Shown piece after piece: positions 56,273 through 64,000 of a stretch of DNA of 64,000 bases (position 1 is its first letter; each line of letters begins with the position of its first letter). The notes below the pieces were generated by a model. It had not been told where the DNA came from. It worked only from the letters and a program-made list of their open reading frames with translations, and searched no databases. Source of the DNA: Gemmatimonadales bacterium (GTDB lineage Bacteria > Gemmatimonadota > Gemmatimonadetes > Gemmatimonadales > GWC2-71-9); the NCBI GenBank assembly GCA_041613315.1, contig JBFJHJ010000009.1:11607-75606 (forward strand), written 5' to 3'. The translations under genes and the position numbers were made by a program.

Positions 56273-57217
56273 ATGGCCGAGCAAAACGGCATGGACCGCC
56301 TCAAGTTATTCCTGTACGTGCACTTCGAGCGCGTGCTCGTGGTGGTGCTCGTGGCGTCGTTGCTCGGGATTCACTACATCGTCGATTACAAGATCGCATT
56401 CCTCAGCTTCTACTATCTCCCGATCATCATCGCCGGCTTCTTCCTGGGCCGAAACACCGCCGTCCTCTCCGCGGTGCTGATCGTGAGCCTGGTGCTGTTT
56501 TTCCAGGCCGTCGAGGGACTGGGCGCGCAGGAGGGCATCTATCCGGAGATTCTGTTCACGTTGATTCCCTGGGCCGGATTCCTGATCCTCACGGGCTACG
56601 TTGTCGGTCTCCTCGCCGAGCAGCGGCAGGCCCGCACGAACGAGGTGAAGGAGGCCTACGTCGCCCTGCTCGAGCTGCTCACGGTGCACCTCGAGGCCAG
56701 CGAGCGGCAGAATCGCGGACACAGCCATCGCGTGGCACAGCTCTCCGTGGCGCTCGGGCGGGAACTCAAGCTGAGGGACGAGGAGCTGGAGAATTTGCGG
56801 GTGGCGTCGCTGCTGCATGAGATCGGCCCGCGCGACCCGAGATTGCTCAAGCTGTTCAGCCGCGTGCCGGGGACCGCCAAGGAGCTGCCACTGGCGTCAG
56901 CGATGCGTGGGGCGACGGACCTGCTGAACCGGTACGAGCGCTACTACGAGGTCGTGGGAGACGACTGGCCGGTGGATCAGCTGGGGCTGCCGCTCGGCGT
57001 GAGGATCTTGGCGGTGGCCGATGCGTTCGAGACCCTCCAGCTGCCGGCGCCCCACCGCACGCCGATGCCACGCTGGGCGGCGGTCGAGGAGATCGAGCGG
57101 AGCGCGGGCCGGACGTTTGCCTCCGAGGTGGTGAAGGCTCTCAAGCGCGTGGCCGGTTCGCCGGAGCAGGCCGGTGGAGAGGCCGACGGTCCGACGCTGC
57201 GGGTGGAGCGGGGCTAG
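56273..57217 (+). CDS. Membrane protein with degenerate HD-GYP-like domain
   Basis: About 4 TM helices; GHSHRVA, LLHEIG (HD changed to HE), RILAVADAF; HHE..DG.GYP absent. Confidence 0.75.
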   Translation: MAEQNGMDRLKLFLYVHFERVLVVVLVASLLGIHYIVDYKIAFLSFYYLPIIIAGFFLGRNTAVLSAVLIVSLVLFFQAVEGLGAQEGIYPEILFTLIPWAGFLILTGYVVGLLAEQRQARTNEVKEAYVALLELLTVHLEASERQNRGHSHRVAQLSVALGRELKLRDEELENLRVASLLHEIGPRDPRLLKLFSRVPGTAKELPLASAMRGATDLLNRYERYYEVVGDDWPVDQLGLPLGVRILAVADAFETLQLPAPHRTPMPRWAAVEEIERSAGRTFASEVVKALKRVAGSPEQAGGEADGPTLRVERG

Positions 57218-57328
57218 ACGCCGGCTGGGCCCAGCAGCGAGCTTTCCGGCCCGTCGGGCATGTGCCCGGCGGGCCGTCGGCCTGTCGGGTGCCGACGTCG
57301 CCAACCGGACCACGATCGGAGCCCCCCC

Positions 57329-58618
57329 ATGCATTACCGGCACCCCATTTCGCTGCTCGTCCTCGCCCTCGGGGCGATCGCTCAACCGGCCGTCGCCCAA
57401 CGGCCCGACGCGCGGTACGATCGCGACGTCCGCGTGCTCGCCGAGCGTCGCGACATCCAGATGGCGTTCCGCGCGATCGATGGGCTCGAGCCGCAGACCC
57501 ATCGGGACCTCATCCTGCTGACCGAGATTGCGGCACCGCCGTTCCATGAGATGCGCCGCGCTCGCCGGTTCGCCGAGCTGCTCCGCGAGACGGGGGCCGA
57601 CTCGGTGTGGATCGACGAGGTCGGCAACGTGCTCGCGCTTCGCCGTGGCGCGGGAAGTCGGCGAACGGTGGCGCTCGACGCGCACCTCGACACCGTGTTT
57701 CCCGAGGGGACTGACGTCGCGGTGCGGGTGCGGGGCGACACGCTGTTCGCGCCGGGGATCGGGGACGATACGCGCGGCCTGGTGGTCGTGCTCACGGTGC
57801 TTCGCGCGATGAATGCCGGCGGGATCCGCACGGACGCGGACGTCCTGTTCGTGGGGACGGTGGGCGAGGAGGGGTTGGGCGACCTGCGCGGGGTCAAGCA
57901 TCTGTTTCGTCCCGGCGGCCCCCGCATCGATGCCTGGATCGCCGTGGACGGCGGGGGGATCGGGCGGATCACGAACGGCGCCCTCGGCTCCCATCGCTAC
58001 CGCGTGACCTTTCGAGGCCCGGGTGGCCACTCGTGGGGTGCCTTCGGGCTCGCCAACCCGCACCACGCCCTCGGACGGGCCATTCATCATTTCGTCGACG
58101 CGGCCGACCCCTACACGCGCGAGGGCCCGAGGACGAGCTACAACATCGGAATCATCGGTGGGGGAACGTCGGTGAACTCGATCCCGTTCGAGTCGTCCAT
58201 GGAGGTGGACATGCGGTCGGTCAGTCCCGACCGGTTGGACGGCGTGGACACCCTGTTCCAGCGCGCGGTGCGCCGGGCGCTGGACGAACAGAACGGACTG
58301 CGGCGCGAGGGCCCGCCGCTCACCGTCGAGGTCGAGATGGTCGGTAACCGGCCGTCGGGCGAGCTGGCACCCGAGACGCCGATCGTGCAACGTGCGATGG
58401 CGACCGCCCGCCACTTTGGAGCGACTCCGTCCCTCGGGATGGGCTCGACGGACTCCAACATCCCCATCTCCCGCGGCATTCCCGCCGTGACGATCGGGCG
58501 CGGTGGCGTCGGTGGCGGCGGGCACTCCCCCGGCGAATGGTGGATGAACCGCGACGGCGCCGCGGCGATCAAGAACGCGCTTCTCCTGCTCGTGGCCGAG
58601 GCCGGGGTCCCGCGGTGA
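57329..58618 (+). CDS. Exported M20/M25/M40 metallopeptidase
   Basis: Signal peptide, AHLDTVF, GIGDDTRG, VGEEGLG, GGHSW, GGGTSVNSIP, STDSN, HS..E. Confidence 0.9.
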   Translation: MHYRHPISLLVLALGAIAQPAVAQRPDARYDRDVRVLAERRDIQMAFRAIDGLEPQTHRDLILLTEIAAPPFHEMRRARRFAELLRETGADSVWIDEVGNVLALRRGAGSRRTVALDAHLDTVFPEGTDVAVRVRGDTLFAPGIGDDTRGLVVVLTVLRAMNAGGIRTDADVLFVGTVGEEGLGDLRGVKHLFRPGGPRIDAWIAVDGGGIGRITNGALGSHRYRVTFRGPGGHSWGAFGLANPHHALGRAIHHFVDAADPYTREGPRTSYNIGIIGGGTSVNSIPFESSMEVDMRSVSPDRLDGVDTLFQRAVRRALDEQNGLRREGPPLTVEVEMVGNRPSGELAPETPIVQRAMATARHFGATPSLGMGSTDSNIPISRGIPAVTIGRGGVGGGGHSPGEWWMNRDGAAAIKNALLLLVAEAGVPR

Positions 58619-58858
58619 GTGAGCCGGTCCTTGCCGCCCGGGTCGCGATTGTCACCCGGCGCCTCGAGCGGGATCGGGGAAGCGACGGCCCGCGCGCTCG
58701 CCAGCGCCGGTGCGGCGGTGGCGGTTGCCACGCGTTGGGGCGACAAGCAGCGCCTCACCGCGGAGGACGTGGCGCGGGCGATCCTCTACGTGACGACCCA
58801 GCCCGCGCACGTGAACGTGAACGAGTTGCTGGTGCGGCCGACCGCGCAAGAGACGTGA
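58615..58858 (+). pseudogene. SDR oxidoreductase pseudogene (frameshift plus large internal deletion)
   Basis: VSEPVLAARVAIVT, then a frame change into GASSGIGEATARAL..AGAAV, joined directly to the SDR C-terminus LTAEDVARAILY..QPAHVNVNELLVRPT; no YxxxK. Confidence 0.82.
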
Positions 58859-59137
58859 CCATGACCTGCCCTCCCGTGCCCTAGCCGCGATCGTTCCGGC
58901 GGCGCCATATTGACCATCCGCGCACGATCTCCGATGAGCGTGTGCGGTATCGCGCGGGTCGCACCTCCCGGAACGTGTTCCAAGACACCACGGCGGTTCC
59001 CGTCGTCGAGAGGATCAATCTGCTGAGGATGGCAACGCACGGGACGACGGTGCACCGCTCGCCCGCCGGCATCTTGGGGGCCGCGGCCGGCGCGCGACCG
59101 GCGGCCGGCCCGTGGGGAGCGGCGTAGGGTGCCGGGG

Positions 59138-60040
59138 ATGCCGCGAGCCCTCGATCCCGACTCGGCCCCCGGTGAGCCGGTGCTCCGTGAGGCGGACCGC
59201 GTGCGCCGGCTCCTGTGGGATCTCCCGGTGGCGCTCTACATCACCGACGCGGCGGGCTCGTTGCTCGATGCCAATGCGGCCTACCTGGCGCTCGTCGGCG
59301 TCGGCTCGATAGACGAGCTCCGCCGTCGCGTCAAGACGATTTGGGCGGATCCCGATCGTCGCGCCGTGCGCGCGGAGCGGCTGGCCCAGGCGGGTGAAAT
59401 CCGGGACTTCGAGTTCGTGCTGCGGCGTCCAGACGGCACGAGGCGAATGGTGCTGGACACCTGTTACGGCTCCGGGTCGTCCGACTCGGCGGAGGCCCTG
59501 TACTGCGGCGTGCTCATCGATATCACGGAGCGCAAGCGCGCCGAGGCTGAGCTCCGCCGCGCGCTGATCCGGGATCCCCTCACCGGGTGCTACAACCGCC
59601 GCTATCTCGCCGATCTGGAGAAGGGGGTGGACGAGGGGCAAGAGGCGGTGGGCGCCATCGTCGTGGATATCGACAACTTCAAGCAGTACAACGACGACTA
59701 CGGCCACCTGGCGGGGGACGAGATCCTCGTCAAGCTGACGCGGTTTCTGGCCGTGCGGGTGCGTCCCGACGACGCCGTGATCCGCATGGGCGGGGACGAG
59801 TTCCTGGTGCTGCTGTTCGGCGAGGACGCCGGAGCCACGGCCGACGTGGCGCAGCGCTTCAAGCAGCGCGCCGCCGCGGCACCGGTCCCGTTCTCCCTGG
59901 GGTGGGTCGTGCGGGAGCCCGGTGAGAAGCTCGGTGCGATGATCGAGCGCGCCGATCGGGAGCTGATGCACGTGCGCGTGCGAGAGCGGCGCGACCGAAA
60001 GCGTCGCGCCGGCGACCAGCCTCCGCCCGCCGACGGCTGA
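59138..60040 (+). CDS. PAS-GGDEF diguanylate cyclase
   Basis: PAS/PAC ending DITERK, DPLTG.YNRR, DIDNFK.YND.YGH..GD, RPDD I-site, GGDEF; alternative GTG start at 59129. Confidence 0.92.
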   Translation: MPRALDPDSAPGEPVLREADRVRRLLWDLPVALYITDAAGSLLDANAAYLALVGVGSIDELRRRVKTIWADPDRRAVRAERLAQAGEIRDFEFVLRRPDGTRRMVLDTCYGSGSSDSAEALYCGVLIDITERKRAEAELRRALIRDPLTGCYNRRYLADLEKGVDEGQEAVGAIVVDIDNFKQYNDDYGHLAGDEILVKLTRFLAVRVRPDDAVIRMGGDEFLVLLFGEDAGATADVAQRFKQRAAAAPVPFSLGWVVREPGEKLGAMIERADRELMHVRVRERRDRKRRAGDQPPPADG

Positions 60041-60133
60041 CCGCCGGTGGCGCTCCGGCCCGCGCGCCCGGGCTCCATCCGTCGTCCCACGCCTGCGTTG
60101 CCCCCCGCCGCCCGCGCGGGCTAGCTTCCCCTC

Positions 60134-60979
60134 GTGCAGCCCCGCGTGCTCGGTGTGATCGGTCTCGGCGCGATCGGTGGCTCCGTCGCATGGCAGGCGG
60201 CGCGAGCGGGCGTGGATCGCGTGGTGGGCTTCACCACCAGCCCCGCGGACGGTGCGGCGGCGGTCAAAGCTGGCGCAGTGACCGACCTCCTGCGCTCCGC
60301 CGAGGCGGTCGCGCGGGCCGCCCAGCTGGTGGTCCTCGCCGTGCCGCCCGCCGCGACGGTCGCGCTCGTCGAGGAGCTCGCCACCGTGTTGGCGGAGTGC
60401 GGCGTCCTCGCGACCGACGTGGCGAGCATCAAGCTGCCGATCGTCCGCCGCGCCGAAGCGCTCGCCCTGAGCGACCGGTTCGCGGGCTCCCATCCCTTCG
60501 CCGGTACCCACCAGTCGGGCTTTGCCGGCGCGCGTCCCGAGCGCTTCGCCGATGCACTCGTGTACGTGACGCCGCTGGCCGGTGGCGAGGACGCCGCCCG
60601 TGAAGTCGCGGATTTCTGGACGCGCGTGTTCGGCGCCCATCCCGTCATGATGGACGCGGCCCGGCACGACGAGATCCTCGCATGGACCAGCCACCTCCCG
60701 CAGGCCGCCGCGTCGGCCGTGGCGGCGACGTTGGCCCGGCGGGGACCGCAGGGGGTCACGTATGGCACGGGTGCCGAGTCCACGACGCGCCTGGCGGCGA
60801 GCGGCGCCGAGATGTGGGCGGACGTGCTCCTCATGAACCGAGAGCCGGTGATGGCGGCGCTCGAGGCGTTGGGGGACGAGCTGGCGCAGCTTCGGGACGC
60901 CCTGTTGGCGGGTGACGCCGAGGCCGTCCGGGCGTGGCTCGAGCGGGGGGCGGAGTGGCGCGCCCGATACGAGCGGTGA
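60134..60979 (+). CDS. tyrA: Prephenate/arogenate dehydrogenase
   Basis: GLGAIGGS, TDVASIK, GSHPFAG, HDEILA.TSHLP, TRLA. Confidence 0.9.
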   Translation: MQPRVLGVIGLGAIGGSVAWQAARAGVDRVVGFTTSPADGAAAVKAGAVTDLLRSAEAVARAAQLVVLAVPPAATVALVEELATVLAECGVLATDVASIKLPIVRRAEALALSDRFAGSHPFAGTHQSGFAGARPERFADALVYVTPLAGGEDAAREVADFWTRVFGAHPVMMDAARHDEILAWTSHLPQAAASAVAATLARRGPQGVTYGTGAESTTRLAASGAEMWADVLLMNREPVMAALEALGDELAQLRDALLAGDAEAVRAWLERGAEWRARYER

Positions 60980-62244
60980 GAGTCGCAGGCGTGCTGCGGC
61001 CGCCCGGTGACAAGAGCATCACCCACCGCGCGCTGATGCTGGCCTCGCTCGCGAGCGGGCCCTGCGAGCTCTCGCACGTGCTCACCGGCGCAGACGCCCG
61101 GAGCACCGCGCGCGCGCTCCGCCTGCTCGGTGCGAGCGTCGGGCCGCTCCGGCCTGGTCGCGCCGTCCGGGTGCGGGGCGCCCGATGGACCGCGCCCGCG
61201 CGCACGCTCCAGTGTGGGAACTCGGGCACCACGGCGCGACTCCTGCTGGGGCTCCTGGCCGGGCACCCGTTCGAGACCCGCCTCACGGGCGACGCCTCAC
61301 TACGCCGCCGCCCGATGCGGCGTGTCGCCGAGCCGCTGCGCGCCATGGGAGCCGAGATCCGTGAGGTCCATGGGGACGGGTTGCCACTGGCCATCCGCGG
61401 CGGCCGCCTCCGGCCAATCAGCTACGAGAGCCCGCTGGCCAGTGCCCAAGTGAAGAGCGCCGTCCTCCTGGCCGGACTCGTCGCCGGCGTCGAGGTCACG
61501 GTGCGCGAGCCGGCCTGCTCGCGCGACCACACGGAGCGGCTGCTTGGCCACCTGGGCTTCGACGTGCGCGTCCGCGGGGCGACGGTCACGTTCCGCCCGC
61601 CCCCCGCGTCCTCCGCCGTACCGCCCTTTCGCCTCGACATCCCGGCCGACATGTCGTCAGCCACGTTCCTCGTCGTCGTCGCGGCGCTGGCCGAGGGCGG
61701 TGAACTGGTGCTCGAGAACGTCGGGGTGAACCCGACGCGCACCGGCGCCCTGGACGTGCTGGCGCGGATGGGCGTTCACATCGAGCGGCGCGACGCGCGG
61801 ACGGTGTCGGGGGAGCCGGTGGCCGACCTCGTCGTTCGGCCTGGGGATCTCACCGGGACGGAGGTGACCGCCGCCGAGGTGCCGCGACTCATCGACGAGG
61901 TGCCGCCGTTGGCCGTGCTGGCGTCGCGGGCGCGCGGCGAGACGCGGTTCCGCGCGGTGGGCGAGCTGCGGGTCAAGGAGAGTGATCGGCTCACCCTCCT
62001 CGCCCGCAACCTCCGAGCGGTCGGGGCGGAGGCGGCGGTGGACGGCGACGATCTGGTGGTGGCGGGCGGCGCGCCGCCGCCGGTCGGACGTGTGGAGACC
62101 GGACGGGATCACCGGATCGCCATGGCGTTCGCGGTCCTGGGCACGGCGCCGGGAGCGCGGGTCAGCTTGTCCGAGACGGCGTCGCCGGCCGTCAGCTACC
62201 CGGCGTTCTTCGAGGACCTGCACCGGATCGCCGCCGATGGGTAG
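60976..62244 (+). CDS. aroA: 3-phosphoshikimate 1-carboxyvinyltransferase (EPSP synthase)
   Basis: PGDKSITHR, CGNSGTT, RRPM, SAQVKSA, NPTR, LRVKESDR, DHRIAM. Confidence 0.96.
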   Translation: MRVAGVLRPPGDKSITHRALMLASLASGPCELSHVLTGADARSTARALRLLGASVGPLRPGRAVRVRGARWTAPARTLQCGNSGTTARLLLGLLAGHPFETRLTGDASLRRRPMRRVAEPLRAMGAEIREVHGDGLPLAIRGGRLRPISYESPLASAQVKSAVLLAGLVAGVEVTVREPACSRDHTERLLGHLGFDVRVRGATVTFRPPPASSAVPPFRLDIPADMSSATFLVVVAALAEGGELVLENVGVNPTRTGALDVLARMGVHIERRDARTVSGEPVADLVVRPGDLTGTEVTAAEVPRLIDEVPPLAVLASRARGETRFRAVGELRVKESDRLTLLARNLRAVGAEAAVDGDDLVVAGGAPPPVGRVETGRDHRIAMAFAVLGTAPGARVSLSETASPAVSYPAFFEDLHRIAADG

Positions 62245-62911
62245 CGCCGTCCTGGCAATCGACGGCCCCGCGGCCTCGGGGAAGTCGAGCACGGCGCGGG
62301 CGGTAGCGGCCCGGCTCGGTCTGCCCCACGTGGAGAGCGGGGCGCTCTACCGGGCGCTCACCCTGGCGGCAGTGGACGCGGGTGTCGTGTTCTCGGGGCA
62401 GCGTCTGGTGGCGCTGGCGCGCGCGCTGCCGGTGCGCCTCGATCTCACCGACGACGGCTTCCGGCCGGAGGTGGCCGGCGCCGACGTCACCCGAGCCATC
62501 CGCGACCCGCGGGTCACGGCGCGCGTCTCGGAGCTGGCGGCGATTCCGGCGGTGCGCGACTGGGTGAACGCCGAGTTGCGGGCGGCGGTGGTGGGGCACC
62601 CACGCGGCGCGGTGCTGGACGGGCGGGACATCGGGACGGTCGTGTTTCCGGACGCGCGGGTGAAGGTGTTCTTGACCGCGGACGCCCCGGAGCGGGCGCG
62701 GCGGCGCTTGCTCCAAGACGGCGCAGCGCCTGACGAGGCACGGGTGGCGGCGGTCGCGGACGAGCTCCGGCGGCGCGACGCGGCCGACGCCGCGCGATTC
62801 GTGGCACCGCTCCGCGCGGCCGAGGATGCGGTGGTCGTGGATACGACCCACCTCGGCCTTGACGAGCAGGTGGAGCGGATCGTGGCGCTGGCGCGGAACG
62901 CCTTCTCCTAG
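62237..62911 (+). CDS. cmk: Cytidylate kinase
   Basis: AIDGPAASGKS, GALYR, DGRDIGTVVFP, RA.RR, RRD..D. Confidence 0.95.
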   Translation: MGSAVLAIDGPAASGKSSTARAVAARLGLPHVESGALYRALTLAAVDAGVVFSGQRLVALARALPVRLDLTDDGFRPEVAGADVTRAIRDPRVTARVSELAAIPAVRDWVNAELRAAVVGHPRGAVLDGRDIGTVVFPDARVKVFLTADAPERARRRLLQDGAAPDEARVAAVADELRRRDAADAARFVAPLRAAEDAVVVDTTHLGLDEQVERIVALARNAFS

Positions 62912-62912
62912 C

Positions 62913-62941
62913 TTGACATAGGTCAGACCGGCGTCTATCCT
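62913..62941 (+). promoter_or_regulatory. sigma70 promoter of rpsA
   Basis: TTGACA (62913-62918), 17 nt spacer, TATCCT (62936-62941). Confidence 0.72.
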
Positions 62942-63032
62942 AACAGGCTTGGCACCTCCTTATTCGGGGGCACGGCGCGCGCCAACGCGCGCCCACTTTC
63001 TTCACCTTCACCGGCAGTCTTGGCGCTCACTC

Positions 63033-64000
63033 ATGGTCGATACACTACGGGACCCCTCTTCCGACGCCCCCAGCGGCGTCGTGGCTAGCGACACCTCTCC
63101 CTTCCCCGTCCGATCCGATCTCTACGACGATGCGTATTCCGACGAACAGTACCAGCAGATGCTGGAGCTGTACGAAGGGACGCTGCAGAGTATCCAGGAA
63201 GGTGAGATCGTCCGGTCCAAGGTCCTGCGGGTGACCGAGAGCCATGTGATCCTCGACGTCGGGTTCAAGTCCGAGGGCGCGGTCTCCATCGACGAGTTCA
63301 AGGACCCCGGCGCCATCCAGCCGGGCGACGAGGTGGAGGTCCTCCTCGAGAACCTCGAGGACGAGGAAGGGTCGGTCGTGCTGTCCAAGAAGAAGGCCGA
63401 CTTCATGCGCGTGTGGGAGAAGATCCGCCACGCGTACGAGAACGACGAGCCGGTCGCGGGGACCCTGCAGAAGAAGATCAAGGGCGGCGTCGTCGTGGAT
63501 TTGATGGGGGTCGACGCCTTCCTTCCCGGCAGCCAGATCGCGCTGCGTCGCGTACCGAACATCGACGAGCTGCTGGGTCGGTCCTACAACTTCAAGATCA
63601 TCAAGCTCAATAAACGGCGCCGGAATATCGTGGTGTCGCGCCGCGTGATCCTCGAGGCGGAACGCGCCGACAAGCGCGAGCACCTGATGAAGGAGCTCGA
63701 GGTCGGGCAGGTGCGGAAGGGCGTGGTCAAGAACATCACCGATTTCGGAGCGTTCATCGACCTTGGCGGCGTGGACGGCCTGCTCCACATCACCGATATG
63801 AGTTGGGGCCGGGTCTCGCACCCCTCCGAAGTCGCGAGCATCGGCGACGAATTGGAGGTCAAGGTCCTCGACATCGACTGGGACCGGGAACGGATCTCGC
63901 TGGGACTCAAGCAACTCCAGGCGTACCCCTGGGAGAACGTCATCGAGAAGTACCCGGTGGGCGTGAGAGTCCAGGGCAAGGTCGTGAGCATCACGAATTA
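63033..64000 (+). CDS. rpsA: 30S ribosomal protein S1 (truncated by window end)
   Basis: Open frame from ATG 63033: EGEIV...DVGFKSEG, IKGGVVVD..GVDAFLPGSQI, NIVVSRR, VKNITDFGAFIDLGGVDGLLHITDMSW. Confidence 0.96.
   Translation, partial: MVDTLRDPSSDAPSGVVASDTSPFPVRSDLYDDAYSDEQYQQMLELYEGTLQSIQEGEIVRSKVLRVTESHVILDVGFKSEGAVSIDEFKDPGAIQPGDEVEVLLENLEDEEGSVVLSKKKADFMRVWEKIRHAYENDEPVAGTLQKKIKGGVVVDLMGVDAFLPGSQIALRRVPNIDELLGRSYNFKIIKLNKRRRNIVVSRRVILEAERADKREHLMKELEVGQVRKGVVKNITDFGAFIDLGGVDGLLHITDMSWGRVSHPSEVASIGDELEVKVLDIDWDRERISLGLKQLQAYPWENVIEKYPVGVRVQGKVVSITN

Noticed and set aside
37829..60040. tRNA-anchored genomic island or prophage
   Set aside because: No integrase, transposase or phage genes, and no duplicated tRNA 3' end was seen; accessory genes also lie upstream of the tRNA.

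Overview
High-GC bacterial chromosomal segment. The gene order and protein style suggest Gemmatimonadota, which is an inference. Two conserved housekeeping blocks flank a ~30 kb accessory region. The left block (1-29506) runs dnaJ(3' end)-hinT-rpsU-mutS2-dnaG-Zn-ribbon-recJ-rsmD-coaD-pta-RsbV/W/U-like-rsmA-rex-arcA-exonuclease-MBL-infC-rpmI-rplT-pheST-zapB-like-zapA-rny-folD-xseAB-ispA-nadK-recN. The right block (60134-64000) is tyrA-aroA-cmk-rpsA. The accessory region holds a FadL/SGNH-lipase/outer-membrane trio, a ClC-CBS transporter, tRNA-Leu(UAA), an ECF sigma/anti-sigma/DUF4097 module, c-di-GMP proteins and an SDR pseudogene. The most striking locus (41299-51171) is a signal-peptide-bearing dikinase with glucan,water-dikinase-like domain order plus two exported SxxK serine hydrolases. 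These are transcribed divergently from an ATP/ADP-translocase(NTT)-HEAT fusion and a tandem cNMP-binding protein. This is a candidate system for ATP-fuelled phosphorylation outside the cytoplasm. Visible regulatory signals include a perfect Rex operator, an L20-leader-like attenuator with a CTG-initiated infC, and a repeated ECF promoter motif. No integrase, transposase, rRNA or CRISPR array was seen. All calls come from reading motifs by eye; no searches were run.
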